DNA from: Selaginella moellendorffii
Lineage: Eukaryota; Plantae; Lycopodiophyta
DNA length: 64,000 nt
NCBI RefSeq assembly: GCF_000143415.4
Contig: NW_003314281.1
Coordinates: 1,961,882-2,025,881, forward strand
Reading direction: 5' to 3'
Shown here: one piece after another, positions 38,650 through 50,747 of the stretch
Layout: every line of letters begins with the position of its first letter
Position numbering within the stretch: the first letter of the stretch is position 1
Notes under the pieces: generated by a model
Databases searched by the model: none
Told to the model about the DNA's origin: nothing
Seen by the model: only the letters and a program-made list of their open reading frames with translations
Position numbers and translations under genes: made by a program

Positions 38650-40310
38650 CAGTGCGTTTGAACAGCAGATGGCTTCTTTCTGCAAGCAAACCTCTTCTTC
38701 ACTTGGCCGAGAGGCCGAGATCCGATGCGCAGATGTGTCGTTGTGCAATTCCTCAATGGAGTTTTACTTAACGACACTTCAGCCTTTGAGAATCTTATTG
38801 CAAGTGCTGCAATGTTATATGATGTTTGAAGGATCAAGCAAAATTGTTCAAGAGCTTATGCAGTCTCCAGATCGTGGCACCCTAGTTTCTATCCTTTTCT
38901 GCTCATATTCGACACGCTCAGCCCTCGGGTTTAGTTTGCGTCGTTTGTTTCCTTCTTCTTTCTCCTCTTCTTCTTCATCTACTTCATCATCGCTCCTGTC
39001 GCTGCAACTCACCTCTTCATCTCCATTGCCCAAAAAGTAGCAAATTTTATCATTGATCACCTTCTTTAACCCGTATCTAGCAACATCGTCCCATGTCTTG
39101 GCACTCTCAATCAAGCTGCTATCGTCTTTTTCATCGTTAAAATTACCACTTCTCGCATACTTTACTACAACTTTCACCATTTCCTCATTGCCCAGCCAAA
39201 TTGCAACTTCAGCCAGTTTCTTGTTGTGACTACTATATTTCAGTGCTCGTGGCAAAAGTTCCGAGAAGAGCTGCGTCACCTTTTCATCCTCGTTCAAGCC
39301 AAACAGCCCGGCTGCTTTTTTCATTTTAACCAAGAGCCCCCAATCCCAATCTTCCAGTTTCCTCACCGCTTCATGGAACTTAGCCAAGAGCAGCACAAGC
39401 GCATCGGCACTGTTAATCTCACTGCCATAGATTTCTTCAGGTCAACATCGTTGATGAATCTCTTCCTTCCCAAAGCCATTGCAGTGACATCCTTGAGATT
39501 CGACTTCACAACACCCTTCCCAGAAAACTTCTCCTTCCTTCGTGCTGGAGCTTAGCCAGCTTTTCCTTCCTTTCGCTGGGCGAAGTTGACTTAATAATAT
39601 TTTCCATAGGGCCCATATCTTTTGTCGGGGTCGGGCTTCTCTGCTTGTCTCTCCCACAAGGCTTCTTCAATTGTCAATGTCTTCTCCCAAAACTCTTCCA
39701 TGTGAGGAAAGCTGCTCTCTCCCCACTTTTTAGCTACTTGGACCAAGCTGCTAGCGGGAAAGGAACCAAGTGTACGGAGACCATAGCCTGTGCTGCTGTT
39801 GCCATGCGTCATCCCCCACTTCTTCATGACCAAGCAGTGACAGTCGTGCTTGACGCAAAAATCTAGCAGAATTTCAAAATGCGTCTTGTACCCCACTTTA
39901 CTTGTCAAGTATCGCTCCAAATCCCCATTCGTCCGGCCAGGCTCGCATTTGTGCTGCTCCTCGAGCCACTTCACTACACTTTCACTGCTCTGTGTGTAGC
40001 ATAGCGCCTCCATTCTGCAATCCTTGGGCCACACCACCAGAGCAGCGGTGTGGTAGAAAGAGCTGACACCGCCGCCATTGTTGCCAGTGTATGGCACAGT
40101 GTCCTCCTCGTCTGATGAGTCGTCAAAAGAGCCATCCTCGTTGCTGTTGTCCCTCACAATCTGACCTTTATAGACAGTCGATCCACATAGTACTCGGTCT
40201 CGACTTCGATGCCGAAATTGTTCTCGTAGGTTTGCTTCACAAGCATGCAGACATGGACGTGCATACTTTTGGCGGGGAACGGTCGACCACAGTGACCTGG
40301 TTGTCCATTC
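38650..40310 (-). pseudogene. Frameshifted, 5'-truncated remnant resembling the C-terminal part of microbial-type 2OG-Fe(II) oxygenase-associated proteins
   Basis: Motif DTVPYTGNNGGGVSSFYHTAALVVWP and later RSGDC..*TILLDP...CTTTHLRIGSRP. The reading frame is broken near 40160, 39600, 39400 and 38848. Confidence 0.5.
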
Positions 40311-40776
40311 AGTTATAAACCTACAGTTAGTTCAAATTTATGGAGCATTTCCTTTTTTATGGATTTTTGGGCTCAAACCATCAAACAATTTAGTCTTAAA
40401 TCTCAGACATTTTGTGGAGAGGCATATTTTGCCATAAAATGGATTAATACAAAGCTAGTGCTAGAGGGATTCAGTTCCAATTCCAAGGCCTTTTCGTGCT
40501 TGGACCTCACAAATTTTAAAATCTTTTAAGCAATTATTAATTCATATTTTACCAGTATTTACTGTGTCAAACATTAAGATGCCAACTATAAGACACACTG
40601 AAATTTATGGATCGATGTAGATTTGTTAGCATCATCTGCGCGATCATCTTCGCCTGCTTCAGGCACGATTGGAGAGACAGGGCTGGCAGTACGCAATCTA
40701 TACGATCGCTCCAAAAATCTCTAGCTCGGCGCGGGCAGGCGTTCGTCACAATCCTCGTCCGAACTTTAAAGACAAG

Positions 40777-42881
40777 TCATAGAAACTGCTTGAAAAACTC
40801 GGAGTACTTTTCGAGGTAGTCCGGTCGAGTGGGAACTATATGCCCCGAGTCATGACGAACTACCGTTCGAGAGCCAGGCCTGAACTTCCCGGCCAATCTC
40901 TCGCTTTCCGTGCAAGAGATTTGCCGGTCATAGCCAGTTTTCCCACTGAAAATGTGCAGCGAAGGGCAGTCGATCAATCCTCCCAACACCTGTTGCTCTA
41001 GCACCGGCGAAACGAACCCCGAGCACAGGACGACGAACTTGATGTCGATCAGTCCAGCATCCTTGAGTGAAGAAAGTATGGCAGCCACGGCCGCTCCCTG
41101 CGAGAACCCGAGAACGCCATCGAATGGCCCGCGATCAGCAAATACTTGTTCGAGGTACTCCCAGCTCTCGCTCCAACCCGACGTTTGCTTTTGGTACTGC
41201 ATGGGATCGAAAGACTTCTGTACTGGAGTCCACGTTTGTGTGCTAGCCTTCGGACCATCCGGATCGGTTAACCACGCAAATTTCTTGTGCGGCTGGGCTG
41301 TAGGTTCTTGCCTCGTTTCGTCCTCGAGAAGTTGATAGAGCAGCGGAAGCTCGTGAGGAGCATCTATGAAGACGAACTCGGCTGTACGTCTGAGTTTCTT
41401 CGACAGCGATGCGAGCCTGCCCTTCAAGTTTGATGCGTTTTGACGAAAGCCGTGCAGGCACAATATCCTTAACTTCGAGCCTGTTCACGGTGGGTCATAT
41501 GTCTGCTATCAAAATTTGATAAGCACTCACATTTATCACGTCCTGATTCTACTGGTTCACTAGAATGCTGATTAGCAGCGCACAGCTCGCAGAGATAAGG
41601 CACTGACGCCTGAAAGCACAATGCAAGGTAAAGAGAAGACAAAGATCATATACGAATTACCTTGCAACTTTCGCATAGAAGTACCAGCATACGACACATG
41701 GAGCAACGGAGCCGTGGAGTATAGTCATCGTAGGGAGATTTGCAACTATAGCAGCAGCCAACAGTTTTATCTTGTAGCGATGGAACTGATATCCTGCCAG
41801 CCAAAGCTTAAGCTTCCGAGTAAGAGTGATGCATGCACTACCTATGATCGAAAACAAAGTTCTTCCCATGGAAGTATCCTCCTTCAGGAAATGCCTCCAG
41901 ATACCGCTGAATGCCACCAGAAAGCTGCGTAGCACGAGGCTAGAATCCACCGTACAAACAGGAGAAAACCAAACAACCTGGTAGACGTTCTCGAATTCCT
42001 CTCCTTTGCTACGAATGTAAGCAGAAGCCATCTCGCACCGGACACCTCCAGTGCAATACCTGCAACAAACGCAAAAGCATATAACACAATGAATGAAAGA
42101 AACGACTTAGAAAGAAATACATCAGTACTGATTTGTTGCGCAATTGTTCCGCGTGCTCGTCTATCCAAGCAGGCAAGTCACTGTACTGGCGTATCTTGGG
42201 GTCGAGGAAAGCAATTCCCGGAGGCGGGCAAAACTTGCCTATTCGGGTCTCGTAAATGTTCCTTGCATCGAGAACTACAGCGTTGCTTTGTTTCAAGCTT
42301 CCTGCACGAATGAAAATCTTGTAAGTTGGAAAGAAAGCCAAGGCAGCCACCAAAACCTGCTTGGTCGAGCATTCCATGGAACTGCTCTGGCGATAGATGC
42401 TTCCCAGCATTTGCAAGCGATGGAGAAGGAAATACACCAAGCGTCACGATTTCCTACAAAGCCGAAAAAACGAAAAAAGCTTTGCTCGAGCAAGAACTTG
42501 CGAGAAAAGAATTACCTCAACCAGACGAACGGACAAGGAATCAAAGCCACAGCTCGCAGCGGCATCGCGATCCATAGGCCGGGAGCACGCAGCGAGCTTG
42601 AAATCGCATCCCTGGAACAGCTCCTGGCCCGCGACAGCATCGATGTGCTCCCTCAGCGATTCCATGCTGCCTCCGACCTAGCAAGAATCCGTGAGAACAC
42701 AGAGAAATTCCGGAGAATGCCACTCACATACCGTGACATTGACGCCCCCGGGCGCAATCCGTATCCTCCCCAGCAGCGCCAGCGAAGAACACGATCGCTC
42801 GAACCAGTTCCTGGTCGCCTCGGGATCCGGCAGCGTGACGAACTTGTAGTAGAGAAGAACTCCCTGCTCTGGGAGCGCCAT
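40777..42881 (-). CDS. STR6: Rhodanese-like domain protein 6 (TrhO/UPF0176 rhodanese fused to FSH1 serine hydrolase), multi-exon
   Basis: GVLLYYKF, GRIRIAPGGVNVT, LDARNIYETRIGKF, MYCTGGVRCE, then LCLHGFRQN, GFSQG, HDSGH. Confidence 0.93.
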
Positions 42882-43539
42882 AGCTCCACAAAAGCCCTAG
42901 TTTTCATGGCTACTTGTTAGTGGAAAATTCAAAGAGTATAGAAGAGTGGCATTTGCTCATAGATAAACGCACAGGCATTCTCGTAGCTCTATCACCCACT
43001 GGGGTTCTCTCTTCACTGGGACAGTCCCAGTGAAGGACCCAGGATGAGGGATTTTGATCGAGCGAGTAGTGGATGTTTTTACATCGAGTCGTAGTTTCTT
43101 GCGGCATTTGCCTCAGCTGGCATTTCTCTGTTTTTGTCGATGCTAGAAAGTTTCTTCCTCGGAAAGCCAAAAACATCTCGTAAGAAATCTCATCATCTGG
43201 GCTCAAATTCAATGTGGAAGTAAGCTAGCGAACGTTATATGAACTTATAGGAGCGCAAATAAGAATGCTGGCGACATCCAACATTTGCCTTTAATGGGCA
43301 TAAGTTCAGACTTTTCTTTTTTCTGCTGTGCCCGGATGACATCGCCCATTTTACTCTCAATCACATTCGCTCCCACGCCCTCATCCAGGATTCAGGATCA
43401 AGCCATAAGCAAAGAAAAGTATTCCCGGCAGCGATCGCGCCATGTTTCCAGCAATGGGTTGTCCCTGCTAAAACCCTAACCCTTGGCTGTATTTTAAAGG
43501 CCTGGAGGCACTCTCATGACGTGCTGATCCATGCACTTT

Positions 43540-45647
43540 TTAAATTATTCCTTTGGACATTGCATATGCTATAATATATGCAGTGAGCCTCTCATAACTC
43601 CATCTAAATATTTTCGCCACTTTAAACCACAACTCCTTGTGTTCCCGATCATAATATGTACCACCAACTGCAATCGCCTTGACCATAGCATCGCCTATTT
43701 CACCAGCGCTGGCTCCCAGGGCCCCCTGTACTTTGGGAGAGTTTATCAACTTCTCAAGAGTTAGACATCTCTTCTTAGTCGCATCTGATGCAATAAAAAT
43801 GCCTCTTGTGCTCCAGATTGTATCAAGGTTTGGGTGACTATTTAGAGCCACCGTGCCTACACAAACAGCTTTAGTAAATACTTCCACCAAGCAAAGACAG
43901 ATAATTCATGTCACTCACATTCTTGTGACGCTTTGCGATCAATGTCCAGAGCCAAGTGATCCTCAAATATCAGCTGCGCAAAACAACACACAAGAAAAAA
44001 GGAAACAAATCAGAAACACATGTCAACGAAAAGAGTGTGCGTACGTGAACAATGTAGACGACCATGGCACCGAACGGCACAATACTCATTTGTTTATGGC
44101 CGTCGTCAAAGTAATGCTCCGGAACTCTGTGCTGGAAGTTGAAGACTACAATCAGCCCTCTCCATGCCAGCTCCCTTATTTCTCCCAGCTCGGATTGCGA
44201 GCAAGGGACCCCATCCGGCTCCCACTGCGCGTTCCTGCACAGCTGCACGAAATGGCCGCTAAAATCCTTGCCGAAAACGGCAGCGGCGGCACGGTAGAGC
44301 TGGCGCTCGTCGCTGCTTCCCGCTGTCACCGACTGTGCGTGCTCCACGATCGACTTGCCCGTCGAGCACAGCGTCTGGAGCTCGGCATGGTCCCGCTGCC
44401 CCTTCCTCGTCAGTGTCCAAGTGTAGATCAAACGGCCAATTTGCAAGCTTGCATCCTTAAAGTCCATAAAGTATGAGACCTCGCGAGGCCTGTACTGGTA
44501 AACGAGCGAGCTCCTTCGAACCCAGCACTCCAGAGGTACAACAAGGCTTTGGTCCCACTCGAATGTGTGAGTCACTGCTGCCACCACCTCCTGCCAAACA
44601 AACAAACAAAAAAAGAAAAGAGAAAAAAGAAAAAAGAAACAAATAAGAAGCCTGTCTCTGTTTCGCAAATCGAGCTAAGGATTTTACCTCCAACACCTGG
44701 CGGACGCCGGGGGTGAGGTCGATCGATTGCCACTCTATCATCGGGAGTTCCTTGAACCAAACGTTATAGACGTTGTCGATGTTCTCCCTGGTTGGCAGAA
44801 AGAATTTCTGAAACCTGTATGCGTGCACGGTGTCTAGGAAGCAGAGCAAGAGTTTGCCCAGGTGCCCCCCGCCGCCAGCTTTGGCTTGAGCTACGAAAGC
44901 GTCGAGCCATTCGCGCGGCTGCTTGTTTGCTTGGACCTGGAGGTGCAGCCACGCGAAGAAGAGCACGCAGAGCTGCTCGCTCACATCAAACAGGAGAAGG
45001 GCATCCACAAGACATGTTCGCGCCGAGAAAGTAGAGGGAACTCTAGACATGAGCGACACAAGATCTGCACAGACGGCTGGTTAGAAATGAAAAAAGGAAA
45101 AGATGCAAGCCATACATGTAATTCCTTCCGCCGAATACATCGCTTCAGTGGCTGGCGTCGGAATATCTCTCTCCATGAGCTGCAACCAAGAAATAAGGCT
45201 CTTTTACCGCTTTGCCACAAGAAATCTCGATAAACTCACCACTTCAAGCTTGTGTGTAACGTAGTAGCAAGGGAGCACGAAAGACAGTACTGTCGGGCCA
45301 CCGTAACGTTGCTGGTTGGGGAGATCTCGCTGGCGCGTGAAATAGTCGGCAGCGATGAAGAGGTGCAAGAAAACCTCCGGGACGGGAACCCGGAGGACGT
45401 GGGCGATTGCCACAGTCCAGATCTTCCACTTGAGCTCCGACACACTCGACTCATCCATATCGTAGAACCACGACGCCTCTGCTAAATACTCCAGCTCCAG
45501 CCCAAAGCGCTGGAATGCCCCTGCAACCACTCTCAGCAATCTGGTACCTATGCTGCTTTGGAACCAATCGGCCACGAGCACACCCACGCGCGGATCCCAT
45601 CCCACCACTGGAGTCATGTCCTCTGCCTGAGTCCATCCCCAATCCAT
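43540..45647 (-). CDS. Uncharacterised, probably lineage-specific multi-exon gene
   Basis: Chain of same-strand coding-like ORFs (45647-45204, 45059-44457, 44668-43970, 43890-43540) separated by pyrimidine-rich intron-like gaps; no family recognised. Confidence 0.45.
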
Positions 45648-48600
45648 GAGCCCTAGAGAGCTTCAAAGGTCTACTTATAGTATTTCTCTTCGAATATTAA
45701 AGGAATATTACACCCGAGGAACTCTAAAGGTCTCGGACATATTCTTTGATTCCCCTTCCGGGGGATTTGTCGTTGCTGTGAGAAATTCTTCTTATCAATG
45801 TTTTTGTGCCTGTGGATCTCAACAAGACGCCGGACATGTAACATGACGAGTGTGGTACATTCTCTTGGGAATCTACTCGCTCTTGTTTTATGAGATTCGC
45901 CTCGGAATTATCTGCTCTTCTCATGCCATGCCGCAGTCCAGCTCTATCACTTGGCGAGGATCCACAATCACCACCAGTTAAGTTTCTCGCTGGTTCCAAC
46001 CAGCCACAAGACAATAACCAACGTAAATCATTATCTATTTTGAAGGCTGATTCGTTGGCAATCTTTAACTCTTTGCCCTCCTCGTTTAATTTACAGAAGT
46101 TAGTACAACCAAACTCTTCAGCCAAAATTTTCATGATCACTGATCTACGAATGAAGAGAACTTATGCTCATCTCTCTGATTGGGCTCTCTCCTTTGGTTC
46201 CTTCTCTAGTGAGGCGGCTTTCGGTTTTGTCCTTGAAAGGTACCGAAGTCCTCCTGTGACTATCCATTTCCAAGCACAATAATTCCCAGAGGTAGGTAGT
46301 GGATTTTCGTGCATGCTGCGCATGTGTTGGGCATGGTGACATGCTCAAGGCCCAGATTTCTCGATGGCATGACCATTTGGGGCAGGGAATTAAATCTTTT
46401 CTCGTTTGCTAACCAGGAGGCAATAACTGGGGTCAGTGGAGAGTTATATGTATGCGGCACACATATGGATATGGGCTGCTCCCTAGTTTCGTATATGTAT
46501 GGAGCGGCCCTGAAAGCCATGGTGCATATGTTTTAATGGGCGCCTGAGTGGCCTCATGTCAAAGTCGGTCATTGTGGGCACAGAATGAACCTTGTGCTTG
46601 TGTTGGGATCATTGTGCACACAAACATTCATGGAACTACCGAATTGCCCCAGGCCATCTCTCACATCATCTTGTGATGCCTTCAAGGGGCAACTGCTACA
46701 AGGGGAAAGATGCCCTCTCGGGGCAATACTCCAGGGATTAATTAATTAGTTCATTCAAGGAAACCATGCATCAGGTAGCTAAGGTCCAGTCCAAGTCCGG
46801 CCAGGGCGGGCAAAGGCTGCGTGCGTGTGTTTTCACCATGCATAGGCTTCACTCAGCCGCTGAGGGCTTTGGCTTGCCTTAATTAGTTTTTTTTATACTT
46901 TCAGATTTGCAGTATATTTGTAGTATATTCCAACTTGCGTCAATAAAAAAATAATTTGTCAAACAATGGCAATGAAAAATCTTGCACAAACCATATTTTT
47001 TATGTCAAACATGTAAAAAACTGAATATAGATCATGAATCATGAACAATAGCATGGATCACTGACATGGCATAACTTTATCAAGACAAAGATATGATGTG
47101 ACAAAGTTTAATTAATTAATTGGAAAGTATAGGACCAAATCTTAATTTCAAGGTAAATAAAAACATTTTGACACACAATCTGAATATGATGAGTGATAGC
47201 ATTTGGCCACACGCTATTCCTATTCCTATCGAAGGTGAGAATTATAATATAAAATATAAGTGGTTGTTTTAAGAAATGTCATTTCAAGGTGAACAAGCAC
47301 AATTTATTAATGATTGTACTTGGATATTTTGGGATATTCTGATCTTGTATTTAGAGTTTATAAATGTTTTATAATTTATAAATTTCCTAGTATATTCTAG
47401 TTTATTTTAATGATTGAAGAGTAATTGTTTTTATAAATTATAAACATATTAATAATTATAAAATTTTAATTCATAAATTGTATTGATAAAGAATATTAAG
47501 CAAACCACAGCAAATTATTTATTATTAATAATATTGATAAATCCAAAATATAAGAGGGTTACAATTGCCTCAATGTGCTACAATATCAAGGGAGTGCACA
47601 AAATAAGCATGAGAAAGAAAGAACAGAACAATAGAGATTTTATACCTTAAAATTGGATCGCAAATCCTCTACAATCAATGGTGCTTGATTCTTGGTTGGG
47701 CATAAGCAAGAGATATTGGATAAGCTAACAATCTTAACTCTTCGTGTAGTGGCCATTGCTATGGCATGAATCCCTGGCTCTGCCCACAACCAGCTGTAGC
47801 TGTGCCTGCAGAAGTGGCCATGACACTAGCTATGGCTGACTGACTTTGATCTTTTCTTTTTCTTTTTCTTTGTCTTTTTCACTGATTAGCTTTTTCTCAC
47901 CAGTTCTTCCAATGAGCTGATTGAGATTGGTCTTTCTTTCGTTCTTTTGTTTCTAGCAGGCCTTTCTACTACAAGGCTCTTACATTTAGATTCAAAGTTA
48001 TCTGTTTCTCTTAAAATGAAATGCAGCATTTGCCAGGTGGCAATTCATGGACTCGACGTCCAAGCCTGGGAGGATGGGAAATGGGTGCCATTGGAGGTGC
48101 GTCTTAAGGAGGAGATGGAGAGGGAGTGCGTCGCCCAAAAGGCGAAGGAGGCAATGCCCTCCTTGGAGGTGAGGGAGGCCAAACACCAAAAACTTAAGGA
48201 GCTGTTTCTCAAGATGGTGGTAAAGGCCGAGCGTTTCGAAAACCAAGCAATTGGGCGAGGTCGATAAGGGTGGCAAACAAGCCATAGAGGAGGGCCACAA
48301 CCAGGAGGGCGTACAACTCCTCCCCAGGCTTGATGTTCGTCCACTGCTTTAAGGATTATTCTTAGGAAGGCCGGGTATGACTTGCCGGGTTTGTGTCAAG
48401 GAGCGATGAATTGTGAATGTAAAACAAGTTTGCTTTGTTCTGGCTCAGTGTAAGCCTATTGGTATCTTTGATCGATTCGAGGATTCCTTATAATACTCAT
48501 CCTTTTCAATCTCCCCTTCATTTAATATAAATTCTCCTTTCATGGTGAATATAGAAAACTTGGAATAAAACTAAAAATTCCAGCATGCCAAGAATAAAGG

Positions 48601-50564
48601 TTTTGCAAATTTTATATGGAGAAGTCATTTGAGGAACAGTTGAAGAGCTCAGATATGAACATCTTGTACCTGAATGTGCACAATCTAAGAAACTCTAGCA
48701 TACAAACACGCCTGTGAAAAACGTTTTGGAGCGCCTACTCTCCCGAATGATGAGATCCATCTAAAGAAGTACGTTGCAAATCTGTATAAAATCGTAAGGA
48801 AGATAAGCTTTTATACAGACGCAACATACTTCTTGAAGTCAGCTGAAAGCCTGCAGCATCCGAGATAAGCTTGAAGTTGGCTGACTGGTATCTAAGCTCC
48901 AGCGCTTAGATACTTGAAAGCAGAGGGATCTCCAACGTACAACATATCTTCATATGGTCGAATCCCGTCTTGAGCAACAGAGAAAAAATCGTTTATCATA
49001 CGCTTCCTCCCAAGAACCAAAATGACCAAAGCCAGGATAAGGATATTGGAAAAAATATCATCATCTATCTATCAATTAAGCCTTAGATTTACCCCAGGTG
49101 ATGCTCTATCGGCATGTGCCTGTGTGTAGGCAAAGGGATCCCTGAGAGGGGCTGGGGGGGCACAGCGATCTAGAGGGATTCTTGCAAGAAATTTGATAGA
49201 TCGGAGCTTGCATTACCTGTGCTGCCGATGGAAATAAGCCTGGGCTGGGATTATCACCTGGAGTTTAATATCAGAATCGATCGATCAAAGCCTTGGATTT
49301 ACCTTGAGCGCTGCTCTACGATGGAACCGCGCCTGAGATCATTGCCTAGAATTTCAGAAAAATATCACGAATCTGTCCATCAAGCCTTGGATTGCGCTGC
49401 TCGGTTGGGGCACCACGGCTGTGAATGCTTTGCGCTAGCCCTGAAAATTTGAATGAAGCGGGAAGAATACTTAATGAGCTGGACAGCAACGTGGCGGTGA
49501 CGTGGTCATCTACGAACGATATGGAGCGAGAAAAAGCCTTGCGTTACACAGTACCTCGGAGAAGCGCCTTGATAACTTTCCCTTGAGTAACACTATCTAG
49601 TCGTGATCAGAGAAGAGCTTTCTCAAGAAATAGTACCTCTGCTTGAGATTCCAGTCAATCTCGCAGCGAATGGCAGTCGATCAATCCTCCTCCTGTTGCT
49701 ACTCCTCTAGCACAGGCGAAACGATCGCTATACCGGCGTATCTTGGGGTCTTACAGCATTTGCTTCAGCCTGGCATTCCTATGTTTTTGCCGACGGAAAG
49801 CCGAAACATCTAGAAATAAATCTCAGAATTTAAGTTGGGAATAAGCTAGCGAGACGTTATACGAATTTACAGAAGCGCAAATAAGAATGCTGGCCTGTAT
49901 AGCTCGCCTTGCAGCATTTGCCTGTAATGGGCATAAGTTTGGAGGCTTTATGTTTGTTTTCCTTGTCAAGGCACATTTTCTTTCGATGGGCATTTGTGTT
50001 TCTTTGATGGCTGCACTGCTCTTCTATTTGTTGCTACATTTGGTGTCGCAGGTTCTAATGACTGTAACTGGTTTTCTCACTGACTTTGATTTTATTTCTT
50101 TTATTTTTTTCTTGACTTCTAGAAGAAATGTTTTCTTTTTATCAAGCCGCTGAGTGTTTTGCCACGAATGCATGATGCCTGACTGACTTTGGTCTTTCTT
50201 TCGTTCTTTTGTTCCGAGCAGGCCTTTCTTCGACAAGGCTCTTGACCGATGAAGCAGAGGAGCTGCAGTTGATTCCAGGACGTCATAATTTCAGTGTAAG
50301 AACTCTTTTCTTGCGGCTCGATCTTAGCTCTGAATTATGATGCAGCATTTTTATTCGCTCATCATCAAAAGCCGTGATCAGGACGTTTGGTGGTATTTGC
50401 AGAATGGTTTCGCGGACGAATTGTTACTTCCTGAGGCACCGAAGAAGAAAGAAGGAAGATAATCTAAATAGGTGTTTGCAATCATGTTAAAAACTAGAAT
50501 CCTTCCTGCAAAGTGGAATTTGAGGGAGGACTTTGCTCTTCTCTGGCATGTAGACAGTCTCGCA

Positions 50565-50747
50565 TTGGGCTGTACTATGTTCAAAGTCTCTGTCCAAAAT
50601 ATATCATATTGACAAGAGTCTATGTTCGCGAGAAGTGTGAGAAATCATCCTCTCCTTGGGCTGTACTATGTTCAAAGTCTCTGTCCAAACCATATCATAT
50701 TGACAAGAGTCTATGTTCGCGAGAAGTGTGAGAAATCATCCTCTCCT
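50565..50747. repeat. Near-perfect 91-bp tandem duplication spanning the GMI1-like stop codon
   Basis: ttgggctgtactatgttcaaagtctctgtccaaa...gagaaatcatcctctcct at 50565 and 50656; the copies differ only at aaaat/aaacc. Confidence 0.95.

Noticed and set aside
45724-46700. Broken minus-strand ORFs
   Set aside because: Coding-like but interrupted, with no recognisable motif; cannot support a call.
47947-48420. Short GC-richer ORF segment (MKCSICQ...)
   Set aside because: No recognisable domain; may be a TE or gene fragment but unsupported.
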